Below, one piece after another: positions 7,878 through 16,167 of a stretch of DNA of 64,000 bases. The position numbers were made by a program, and so were the translations under genes. The stretch is from positions 1-64,000 of IMG/VR virus record IMGVR_UViG_3300027754_000055. One strand, given 5' to 3'. Position 1 is the first letter of the stretch; the number at the start of each line of letters is the position of its first letter. The notes under the pieces are model-generated. The model had not been told where the DNA came from. It saw nothing but the letters and a program-made list of their open reading frames with translations, and made no database searches. This DNA is from a virus.

Positions 7878-10769
7878 ATGGCGTTAAATAAAAAAGAGCA
7901 AGTTGACGAAATAATGAAATGCGGTGAAGAACCAATGTATTTCATTAAAAAATACCTCTATATCCAGCACCCAACAAAAGGACGTTTGCCTTTTGAACTT
8001 TATAAATTTCAAGAGCAATGCATTGATGATTTTTTAAACTATCGATTTAATATAGTAGTAAAAGGTCGTCAGCTTGGTTTATCAACTACCACTTCAGCAT
8101 ATTGCTTGTGGATGGCATTGTTTCGTAGAGATGCCGAAATTTTGATCATGGCTACCAAACTAGAAGTTGGTAAAGCAATGATTCAAAAAATACGCACAGC
8201 ATTCAAAATGTTACCAGCTTGGATGCTCAATATGTTGGACCTCACAGAGCCTGAAGCAGAATCTGTAAAATATATCAAATTCAATAATGGCTCAAGAATA
8301 ACTGCAATCCCAACCTCTGCCGATGCGGGTCGCTCATCAGCGGTTACGCTTCTCGTGATAGACGAATGTGCTCATATTGAAAACTTAGAAGAGTTATGGC
8401 TTGGTTTAAAACCAACGCTTAGCACTGGCGGTCGAGCAATCATGTTCTCATCTCCAAAAGGTAAAAATTTCTTTTATCAATTATGGATGGGCGCAGATAC
8501 CAATGAATATGAAAAAGATAAAATTGGCTTACATTGTACTTCTGTAGGGAAAAATGGATTCCACGGAATAAAATTACCATGGACGGTGCACCCAGAGCGT
8601 GATGATAAATGGTTTGAGGAAGAATCAAGAGCTATGTCTTCCCAGGGAATAGCTCAGGAATTATTATGTGTTGGGCCACAGTCTCGTATTCAGACATTTG
8701 ATGGGTTTAAATTTGCCAGTGATATCTCCATTGGGGACATGGTACTTACTCATAAAGGAAGATTTAAACCAGTAATAAATGTAGGGTCTAGGCTAGTAGA
8801 CCAAGAAGAAAACGTGTATCAAGTCTCAGTGCCATGCAATAGAGAAGAAGACCTTTTGATTACAGGAAATCATCCTTTGTATGGTAAAAAATTTCATTGC
8901 ACTTCTACTGTATCGCCATGGAAAAAGATAATAGACGAAGGTATTAAATCTGATTTTTATTCTCTTGATGAGATTGATAAATTTCAGAAAACATATGCCG
9001 ATAGATTTTTTTCTTCACTTCAGCCAGCAAATTATATTAATAATATCATTGGAAAAATTACGGATAAAATCGATTTATGGTCCTTTGATGTTCAAAAGAA
9101 GAAAATGATGCCAGATGGTAAAATTAGCTACTGGAGGCAACGCTCCGAAACGATAAACCGAATGGTAGATGTTGATTTTGACCTTGGTAGGTATATTGGT
9201 TTGTGTGTAGCTGAAGGATGTGTTAATAAAAATTATTCAAAGGGTCGTGCATTAACAGAAAATCTACAGTTAGCTTTTCATACCAACGAACTAGATACTC
9301 TTGGAAAATTTATAACAGACTTCTATGATAAACTTGGTGTAAAATATTGTGTAAATATTAGATCATATAGTAAGTGTTTTACGGTCCATACCAGCAACAA
9401 ATATATTATTGAGCTTTATAGGAATTTTGTAAACGCAGGAGATGCAACAAAAAAATACCTGAAATTTGACACTTTTTTATCTACAAATATCGATTTCATT
9501 AAGGGTTATTTAGTTGGTCACTTTGATGGTGATGGCGATCATTTGGAGGCTGCTTCATCTAATAATTTTGGTAAAAAAATAAAGGTAGTAACACGATCTC
9601 CGAAGTTGCTTAGCCAAATTAAAATATTATTGGCGGCATTCGGCCATTATGGTAGAATAAATTATAAAACTGGATACTATGAAATAGATGGAGTTGACCT
9701 ATTACCATCTCCTACTATACTTGAGGCATTGCAGACAAATAAAACATCATTAGAGAAATCCGGTAGCCGTACAAAATTAATTAATGATGAAATCATTGGC
9801 AATATACAATACAAACGATTTGATAAGGAAAAATGCCCCATCGTTTACAATATAGAGGTTGAAGAAGACCATTCATATATTGTTAATGGATTGGTCGTTC
9901 ATAATTGTTCCTTCGAAAGTTCGGCGTTAACTTTCTTTTCTCAAGCAGATATTGACTATGTAAGAAACCTATCATATCCTCCAATTGGATATGCTGGTCC
10001 TAATGGCAAAGGCAATGACATGCATATCTGGAAGACTCCAATCCCTGAGCATAAATATGTTATTGCCGCCGATGTCGCTAGAGGAGATGCAGAAGATTAT
10101 TCCACTTTCCATATATTTGATACCAATGAAAGCGAAGTGGTCGCAGAATATATGGGTAAAATTGCACCAGATAGATTTGGTGAATTTTTGATTGAAATTG
10201 GTAAAAAATACAATGATGCACTGATCGTAAATGAAAAAAATACAGTAGGGATCGCCACAGCAATCAAGCTAAGAGACTCAGAATATAAAAACGTATACTA
10301 CGATCCAGATTTGGCAGAGAAGATGGTAGGCATGACGCCGGATGAGAAGAAGGATATTCTACCCGGTTTTACGATCACATCAAAAAACAGAGAGCCTATA
10401 CTTGAGAATCTAGAGCAAGTTATCCGCAATCATCAGATAAAGATTTATTCTCTTAGATTTGTTGAGCAAATGGAAACATTTATCTGGAATGGTAAGCGTG
10501 GGCAGGCATTGAAAAAACGCCATGATGATCTTATTTTGGCAATGGGTGTTGGTTTGCAGATTTTTACACCAAGTGCTGCCCAGCAAGGATATCTTGGGAT
10601 GATGGCTGCGAATCAAACTATGGCTAATTCTTTATTGGCTGGTATGAGCAGGGGCTATAAGGATATAGAAAATAAATTTCAAGGTAAAAAATTGCCTCAT
10701 GGCGTTAATAAAAATGCGGTGAAATTTGATTCAGAATTGAAAAAAGAGTTCTGGTGGATGTTTAGGTAA
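7878..10769 (+). CDS. terL: Terminase large subunit (T4 gp17-like) with intein
   Basis: YIQHPTKG, Walker A KGRQLGLST, Walker B LLVIDE, SSPKG; nuclease ADVARGD...DYS and HDDLILA. Confidence 0.95.
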   Translation: MALNKKEQVDEIMKCGEEPMYFIKKYLYIQHPTKGRLPFELYKFQEQCIDDFLNYRFNIVVKGRQLGLSTTTSAYCLWMALFRRDAEILIMATKLEVGKAMIQKIRTAFKMLPAWMLNMLDLTEPEAESVKYIKFNNGSRITAIPTSADAGRSSAVTLLVIDECAHIENLEELWLGLKPTLSTGGRAIMFSSPKGKNFFYQLWMGADTNEYEKDKIGLHCTSVGKNGFHGIKLPWTVHPERDDKWFEEESRAMSSQGIAQELLCVGPQSRIQTFDGFKFASDISIGDMVLTHKGRFKPVINVGSRLVDQEENVYQVSVPCNREEDLLITGNHPLYGKKFHCTSTVSPWKKIIDEGIKSDFYSLDEIDKFQKTYADRFFSSLQPANYINNIIGKITDKIDLWSFDVQKKKMMPDGKISYWRQRSETINRMVDVDFDLGRYIGLCVAEGCVNKNYSKGRALTENLQLAFHTNELDTLGKFITDFYDKLGVKYCVNIRSYSKCFTVHTSNKYIIELYRNFVNAGDATKKYLKFDTFLSTNIDFIKGYLVGHFDGDGDHLEAASSNNFGKKIKVVTRSPKLLSQIKILLAAFGHYGRINYKTGYYEIDGVDLLPSPTILEALQTNKTSLEKSGSRTKLINDEIIGNIQYKRFDKEKCPIVYNIEVEEDHSYIVNGLVVHNCSFESSALTFFSQADIDYVRNLSYPPIGYAGPNGKGNDMHIWKTPIPEHKYVIAADVARGDAEDYSTFHIFDTNESEVVAEYMGKIAPDRFGEFLIEIGKKYNDALIVNEKNTVGIATAIKLRDSEYKNVYYDPDLAEKMVGMTPDEKKDILPGFTITSKNREPILENLEQVIRNHQIKIYSLRFVEQMETFIWNGKRGQALKKRHDDLILAMGVGLQIFTPSAAQQGYLGMMAANQTMANSLLAGMSRGYKDIENKFQGKKLPHGVNKNAVKFDSELKKEFWWMFR
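8667..9905 (+). mobile_element. Intein (413 aa) with LAGLIDADG homing endonuclease in terL
   Basis: Begins CVGPQSRI after AQELL; block B ITGNHPL; IGLCVAEG and LVGHFDGDG; ends VYNIEVEEDHSYIVNGLVVHN followed by Cys. Confidence 0.93.
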
Positions 10770-11210
10770 TCAATAGAAAAATTCAAAATATCTATTGCAT
10801 TTATTGCATGAGCAGAAAACCCACAGGCTCGTCCTGTGGGATGAATGCGATTCAATTTAAAATAATTTAAACAAAAACATATTTTGCATAATAATTAAAA
10901 TTATCGGAGCAATTAATTTTTCCGATATCGTTTGGAACGAACGATTACGAGCATGGAGAGAATATAAAACCAACTGGCTTGCCAGCGGTAATTTTCGGTG
11001 AAGTGCTTAAAGTTCTAGAGACAAACTCTTTAGAAGCTCATAGGCTTGTCCTGTGAGTAGTTCACCACAAATGGGTCTGTTTTTAACAATGATCATACCA
11101 GTAAATTTAGTTTTTTCTTTGCCACGAAGGATACCAGAAGAAGGCAGGATTATATTTCCTTCTTCTGGTAACTTATTGCAGCAATGGCAATAATCTTTTT
11201 GATCAATCAT
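10770..11210 (-). pseudogene. Small zinc-finger gene interrupted by the 261-bp element
   Basis: Joining 11210-11066 to 10804-10770 gives a 59-aa ORF YCHCC...PICDKCNRYFEFFY*, restoring the second CxxC. Confidence 0.8.
10805..11065 (+). mobile_element. Non-autonomous 261-bp derivative of the TnpB element (left end + omegaRNA scaffold + right end)
   Basis: First ~50 nt match 32124 onward. Last ~140 nt align with 33340-33480 and end GAGTAGTTCAC. Preceded by TTTAT. No tnpB. Confidence 0.92.
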
Positions 11211-11530
11211 ATTAATTTTTTCATTATATCGGATAGTGAATCACTGCGGCATTGCCAAGAACCATTAGTGAACCCAGTATAAATCCAGCCTATTCTTCCT
11301 GTTGCTATTACGCAGATTTTAACATATGATATTGTTCTCGGTAATTTTTCTATAATCATAAAAGTTTCACCGGGGGATACCATAGAGTTTGACCAAGTTG
11401 AAATATATTTTCCCCTTGGTTTCTGCATCATTGGTCTTTGCCATTTACAGACATATTCATATAATTTTCCCACTTCTAATGGGACATTTCTTACGTCTTG
11501 TATTTTTCTTTCTTCTGGTAATTTTATCAT
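11207..11530 (-). CDS. SH3-like paralogue family member
   Basis: LEVGKLYEY...YVKICVIATGRIGWIY. Confidence 0.7.
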   Translation of the reverse strand: MIKLPEERKIQDVRNVPLEVGKLYEYVCKWQRPMMQKPRGKYISTWSNSMVSPGETFMIIEKLPRTISYVKICVIATGRIGWIYTGFTNGSWQCRSDSLSDIMKKLI

Positions 11531-11621
11531 AGTTTATGATATAATAATAGGAAGAAAAATAATATTTGTAAAACACTTGATTTTAAAAAAGAATGTGTTA
11601 TGATTTGTATAAGGAGATTTT

Positions 11622-12368
11622 ATGAAAGAAAAAGAAGCAACGATAGATGATATAGATTTATTTAAATTCTATCAAACAACCAAGGTTCTTAGCGAGGAAG
11701 GTAAACTTATTACTTCTAACCAAAAAATTCGTAATGATTTAGCGCAAAGAAATGCAAAGCTTGTTACATTCGTTATTAATAAATTTTATAGCAAAAAGCC
11801 AAAACACAAGACATTACGCAATGATTTACTGCAAGAAGGCCATCTTGGATTGTTCGATGCTATCGATGGTTATAAACCAGAACTTGGTTTTAAGTTTTCA
11901 ACTTATGCTACTTGGTGGATTCGTCAAAGTGTAAACTCTTATTTATTGGACGAAGAGCCTATCTTTCATATTCCGTCTCATATCCGAACAGCAAGAAATA
12001 AATTAGAAAATTTAGCAAAAGAGAGATCAATCCTAGTTAGAGATATTTCCAAAGAAACTCTCGAAGAAATCGGGATGACAGAAAAAATGTTTGCTTCGAT
12101 CGAAGCTGCAAATAAAACTAAAACCTGGAATCATATTTGTCTAGATATGCCAATTTCTTCATCTGGCGACAGTGCTAATAAATCCCTAAGAGATATTATA
12201 CCAAGCGATACTTCGGATTTTTCACTTGGTTTTGATAAAAAGAAAATAATCTTGGCAAGCGTTAAGGCATTTAAAGAGCTAAGCACAAGAGAAAAACACA
12301 TCTTGTTGCAACGGTATGGCTTCGAAAGTGATAAAATTATAAAAATGGAAAGTGAAACAAGTAAATGA
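11622..12368 (+). CDS. Phage sigma70-family RNA polymerase sigma factor, apparently lacking the region 4.2 HTH
   Basis: Region 2 DLLQEGHLGLFDAIDGYKPELGFKFSTYATWWIRQ, HIPSH, LDMPI, LSTREKHILLQRYG, then ends. Confidence 0.9.
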   Translation: MKEKEATIDDIDLFKFYQTTKVLSEEGKLITSNQKIRNDLAQRNAKLVTFVINKFYSKKPKHKTLRNDLLQEGHLGLFDAIDGYKPELGFKFSTYATWWIRQSVNSYLLDEEPIFHIPSHIRTARNKLENLAKERSILVRDISKETLEEIGMTEKMFASIEAANKTKTWNHICLDMPISSSGDSANKSLRDIIPSDTSDFSLGFDKKKIILASVKAFKELSTREKHILLQRYGFESDKIIKMESETSK

Positions 12369-12673
12369 ATAACAAATATATAACTATAACTGAAGGTGAA
12401 GACTATCGCACAATTGCCGCTAAGATGACTGATTTAGGATATAAAATGAATCACGCAACCGCCAGAAACATTCTTCTATCTGGTATGAAGAAGTTTATTC
12501 GTAGTGTTTCTAGCGAACTTGGTCATCCTATAGACGAAGATGAGGCATTGTCTTTAATTATGCGGCAGGACATTCATGAAGTTATTGGCGATATCCTAAC
12601 TCTTAGCATACAAGAGGAAGATGAAAAATGCCAGCAGGTAAACCAAACAGTAAATCAACCGCACCAAACCTAG
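12365..12673 (+). CDS. HTH protein resembling sigma region 4.2
   Basis: ATGA-type overlap with sigma gene; GEDYRTIAAKM...NHATARNILLSGMKKF. Confidence 0.55.
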   Translation: MNNKYITITEGEDYRTIAAKMTDLGYKMNHATARNILLSGMKKFIRSVSSELGHPIDEDEALSLIMRQDIHEVIGDILTLSIQEEDEKCQQVNQTVNQPHQT

Positions 12674-13188
12674 AATCTTTCCTAATAAGGAAAAAAATAT
12701 CATTACAAAATTGGCTTTCTGTAAATTCAATTACTTCAAAGGAAGCTCTAGAGAATTTACTAGAGAATTCCTCTTGGAGTCTTAATCATTCTATCGCCGC
12801 AGTTCTACAAGAGCTTATAAAAAAAGCTGAGACAGACGTACCAGTTATTTTATTGCCAATAGAATTACCGGTTGAAAAAACCGACATCCCAACAATTCCA
12901 GAATCCGTTCATCAAATACTAGCAATACAACAGCATGAAATAGAAGTGGCTACAGAAGCAACCACTACCGTCAAGCCTATCAGTCAACTTGATACAGCGG
13001 ATTCAGTCGCCGCAACAGAAGCAGTGGCTGAAGGAAATGTAATGAGTGAAGCAGAGGCAGTAGATACAAAAACCAAGCAAGATACACAAGAATCCGGAGA
13101 GGTCATTACATCTTCAGAAGAAACGCCTAATTTCAATACAACGCCTAACATAGTTCTTAACAAAGAAAGGAAAAAGAACAGGTACTAA
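12628..13188 (+). CDS. Hypothetical protein with acidic low-complexity C-terminus
   Basis: 186-aa ORF with GAGG upstream. Confidence 0.65.
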   Translation: MPAGKPNSKSTAPNLESFLIRKKISLQNWLSVNSITSKEALENLLENSSWSLNHSIAAVLQELIKKAETDVPVILLPIELPVEKTDIPTIPESVHQILAIQQHEIEVATEATTTVKPISQLDTADSVAATEAVAEGNVMSEAEAVDTKTKQDTQESGEVITSSEETPNFNTTPNIVLNKERKKNRY

Positions 13189-13390
13189 ATTATATGAGTT
13201 CACGACATGAAAAAGAAAAACGTTTGCGTCCAAAAAATAGCCCATACAAAAGAGATCGCTTCGTACAAGCAGAATATTTACGGATTTATATACCAATCAT
13301 TGAACGTAAAGAAGAAAACTTAAAAGAAGAGCAAACCGAAGAGGACTTTACAAAAGATTACGAGCAAGATGAATAGACGCTACTAATCAA

Positions 13391-13419
13391 TTGACTTATC
13401 ATTAACACTATGGCATACT
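13391..13419 (+). promoter_or_regulatory. sigma70-type promoter
   Basis: TTGACT-N17-CATACT with TGn, followed by hairpin GGGCGC-TACTTCG-GCGTCC. Confidence 0.6.
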
Positions 13420-13468
13420 GTTTATCAGAAAGGGGCGCTACTTCGGCGTCCAAATAAAGGTAAAAAAT

Positions 13469-13777
13469 ATGTCAAAATATGAAACAACAACTACTTCTTA
13501 CGATTCACTAGTTCGCATTGGCACTCGGCCAAACTCAACCTCACATCGCAATCGTATCAATCTTGATGCGTCAAATGCCCGTACAGTTGGTGTATCGATT
13601 GAACAACGTGGAGAGAAAAAGGCCATGCGTATGGAAATGATCGTTCCACTGTCCCGTACTCGTCGTGATAGCCGCCGTACAGCCCGTCTAGAACTGAACG
13701 GCTCACAGGCTCGGCGTCTTTATGAAACACTGGCTCGGTTTTATTCGGAGCGTGATGGCGAACAAGAAACAGAGTGA
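13469..13777 (+). CDS. Arg-rich hypothetical early protein
   Basis: 102 aa; own promoter, AAGGT RBS and downstream terminator. Confidence 0.75.
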   Translation: MSKYETTTTSYDSLVRIGTRPNSTSHRNRINLDASNARTVGVSIEQRGEKKAMRMEMIVPLSRTRRDSRRTARLELNGSQARRLYETLARFYSERDGEQETE

Positions 13778-13838
13778 AGGTAATGGTTAGAAACCATCTA
13801 TAGATTTTAGATGGTTAAAAACTGATTTCAGTTTTTTA

Positions 13839-13868
13839 AAGGCAAGTTATTATAACTTGCCTTTTTTT
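13839..13868 (+). terminator. Rho-independent terminator
   Basis: AAGGCAAGTTA-TTA-TAACTTGCCTT followed by a T run. Confidence 0.75.
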
Positions 13869-13889
13869 ATTTTATGCTACTTATTATTC

Positions 13890-14564
13890 ATGAGCAAAAA
13901 GATAGATTTGAATGATTTCGGTAGGTTAGTAAAACCAAGGATATTAACAGAAGCATTTTTGCTTTGTAATTTTGATCATATCGATCTGCACAGTTGGTGG
14001 AAACAAGTTCTTGTTTTGGACATGTTTTCTAAGTCATATAAAAAAGATACAATTATCAGTAATTATGGTATCAAATTAGATGAATTATTTGAAGATTTAG
14101 ATATTGAAAACTATGTTGCAAAAATAAAATCTTTCATTGTTCTGCATGATGGAAAATATAAACTAATAAGCAACAAACAAGAAGCCGAAGTCCTATTCAC
14201 TTTGAGAAAAAAATTCTATATTCGTGCCGTAGGAATTGAAATATTTAAAAAATATAATCATGATACAAAAGAAACTTATGAACCTTGGGAATCAACTCAA
14301 AAAACAAATATAACTTGGTTTTATAAGCTGAAACATATTATTCCAATCGAAATAGTAGAACAGCATAATGAAATTGAATCTGGTGATTTGATTGTTTTTA
14401 GTAAAACTCAGGCTATTGTGACAAATATAAAAATATTAAAAAGAAAAAAATTTTACAGTACGTGCAGCTGGACGAATAAGAAAATAACAGTTCTGAGCGG
14501 AAACAAGGCTTATCAAGTCAGGCTCGATATCAATAGGCCGTTTGAAATAATAAAATCGAATTAA
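13890..14564 (+). CDS. Hypothetical protein (likely start 13890)
   Basis: The ORF-track start lies in the terminator; ATG 13890 follows TACTTA at 13878-13883. Confidence 0.65.
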   Translation: MSKKIDLNDFGRLVKPRILTEAFLLCNFDHIDLHSWWKQVLVLDMFSKSYKKDTIISNYGIKLDELFEDLDIENYVAKIKSFIVLHDGKYKLISNKQEAEVLFTLRKKFYIRAVGIEIFKKYNHDTKETYEPWESTQKTNITWFYKLKHIIPIEIVEQHNEIESGDLIVFSKTQAIVTNIKILKRKKFYSTCSWTNKKITVLSGNKAYQVRLDINRPFEIIKSN

Positions 14565-14567
14565 AAA

Positions 14568-14747
14568 TTATTTGTAATCGTCATCCTCTTCATCGTTACC
14601 GGATTCCAAATCTGTTTTTATACGATCTATAACAGAAATGGCATCATCAACAGTAGAAGCCTCGTCGGCATCCAATTCTGTCTTATATTCGTCAAGAAAC
14701 TCTTCCATTCTTTCAATTAATCTTTGTAATGCTCTAGTGTTTGTCAT
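14568..14747 (-). CDS. Small acidic hypothetical protein
   Basis: Hand translation MTNTRALQRLIERMEEFLDEYKTELDADEASTVDDAISVIDRIKTDLESGNDEEDDDYK (59 aa), overlapping the upstream gene end. Confidence 0.6.
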   Translation of the reverse strand: MTNTRALQRLIERMEEFLDEYKTELDADEASTVDDAISVIDRIKTDLESGNDEEDDDYK

Positions 14748-15069
14748 CTGATTTCTCTTCTATTGTAAAATTCTTTTTACTTCCAATAATCCAGCCGCAA
14801 CTGTCATTATATAGACAATGATAATAAAAACTTCCATTATCATCTTTTAGTTCTTCAATTAATAAAAATGTTTCCTCTAAAGATTTAAGCAATACTCTTT
14901 GCTTTGTAGGTAAAAATTTCTTTATATTAGCGGAAGTTGTCATGCACGGTAGCCAAGAATTATTTTTATTTCTTTGTTTTAGCACTTCGTCAATATCAGA
15001 ATAAACAACCACATAAGGATTCAATGCATTCTTTTTGTTTTTTATAAAGCATAAACTGCCTTTTTTCAT
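14734..15069 (-). CDS. SH3-like paralogue family member (divergent)
   Basis: MKKGSLCFI...FLLIEE...YYHCLYNDSCGWII. Confidence 0.6.
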   Translation of the reverse strand: MKKGSLCFIKNKKNALNPYVVVYSDIDEVLKQRNKNNSWLPCMTTSANIKKFLPTKQRVLLKSLEETFLLIEELKDDNGSFYYHCLYNDSCGWIIGSKKNFTIEEKSDDKH

Positions 15070-15113
15070 ATTGTACCTTATTTTATTATATATAAAACTA
15101 ACTAGGAGATAAA

Positions 15114-15356
15114 ATGGAAACTACATTTCTAAATCAAGAACGTTACCTATTGCATACTTTTGTAAATTCTTCAAATTTAGCATTTGCGAAATATGACACA
15201 CTGATGAATATTCTAGAGTTAACATTCCAAAACGGAACCCAATATTCATATCACGGAATAAACAAAGAAACATATGACGAATTAGTGACATCCAATTCTG
15301 CTGGAGCTTATTTTAGCACGGTTATAAGGAAAAATAAATATAGTCGTATCAAATAA
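15114..15356 (+). CDS. KTSC-domain protein
   Basis: VNSSNLAFAKYD...LELTFQNGTQYSYHGI...YDELVTSNSAGAYF. Confidence 0.85.
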   Translation: METTFLNQERYLLHTFVNSSNLAFAKYDTLMNILELTFQNGTQYSYHGINKETYDELVTSNSAGAYFSTVIRKNKYSRIK

Positions 15357-15448
15357 TATCATTCTAAATCTAACCATCACAATGTCACTAGTCAATATCC
15401 TTTATGAAGATAGTATGTTCGCAAACATACGAGATTGGTTGTTTCCAA

Positions 15449-15492
15449 GCGAACTACTCACAGGATGAACCCGTGGGTTTTTTGCTCATGTA
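15449..15492 (-). mobile_element. 44-bp minimal left-end/right-end fusion of the TnpB element (PATE-like)
   Basis: Minus strand TTTAT|TACATGAGCAAAAAACCCACGGGTTCATCCTGTGAGTAGTTCGC: left-end start, shared hairpin, right-end tail. Confidence 0.85.
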
Positions 15493-15613
15493 ATAAAATT
15501 TTAGATTTAAACCAATTGGAGAAAATTCTTGAAGAGTCGTCTGTGGCACTGATGATCAAAAAGTTATTGAAATACCAAAAATACCTACCGCATTCAAATA
15601 TAATAAAGTCAAC

Positions 15614-15919
15614 TTATCTATTCCATTTTCGCATTTCCGCTCGTTGAGCATCACTTCTTGCGGCGGGTGGCAATGTTGCGGTTGGTTTATTGGCGTCATC
15701 GACTTTTTTTAGAAGTTCTTCAACAACATCTTTATCTATTAATCCTTTAAGGTTTTTATATTTTTCTGGGTCTGTGGTTTTATACGGTTCAATTGCAGCT
15801 AGCATATTAGCTTGAATATTTTTATCAAAAGCAGAAAGTTGTATCATACCTTGCAAACCTATCTCCAACAAAATTTGTTTGATGATTGTTTTCAAATCTT
15901 TTTTAAAATTAGTTTTCAT
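15614..15919 (-). CDS. Tagged small protein (candidate virion cargo)
   Basis: MKTNFKKDLKTIIKQILLE; TATTTA 9 nt upstream. Confidence 0.7.
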   Translation of the reverse strand: MKTNFKKDLKTIIKQILLEIGLQGMIQLSAFDKNIQANMLAAIEPYKTTDPEKYKNLKGLIDKDVVEELLKKVDDANKPTATLPPAARSDAQRAEMRKWNR

Positions 15920-16167
15920 ATTTTTTTATAAATATAGGATTTTTTTATTTTTATGAGCAGTTCGCTCACGGGAAAAGCCTGCAAGCAATTGACAAGCTAC
16001 TGATCGGATGCAAAATTTCTGCACATGATCTAAGGCCAGATAATTGGGGAGTGAGAAATAGTGGAGAACTAGTAATTTTAGATTTTGGATTTGAACAAGG
16101 TGTTCTTGAAGAAAATTTTAAAATATAAAAACCATTACATTCCTCAACAATTGGCATATTTAAACAT

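Larger units (their letters stand above)
15382..16128 (+). pseudogene. Fragmented protein-kinase-like gene
   Basis: N-tag MSLVNILYED at 15382. N-lobe-like IGENS*RVVCGTDDQKVIE at 15515-15571. C-lobe HDLRPDNWG...LVILDFG in a start-less frame about 15950-16128. Confidence 0.65.

Noticed and set aside
10805-11065. IStron (self-splicing group I intron-IS hybrid)
   Set aside because: No group I core visible, too short, and inserted antisense to the interrupted gene.
15530-15532. In-frame TGA in the kinase-like fragment as a sign of stop-codon recoding
   Set aside because: Many genes end in TGA with ATGA overlaps and long genes are intact in the standard code; a nonsense mutation in a decayed gene is simpler.
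15944-15965. TTTAT...ATGAGCAGTTCGC as another collapsed element
   Set aside because: No hairpin, and it reads as coding sequence (YEQFAH) in the kinase frame.
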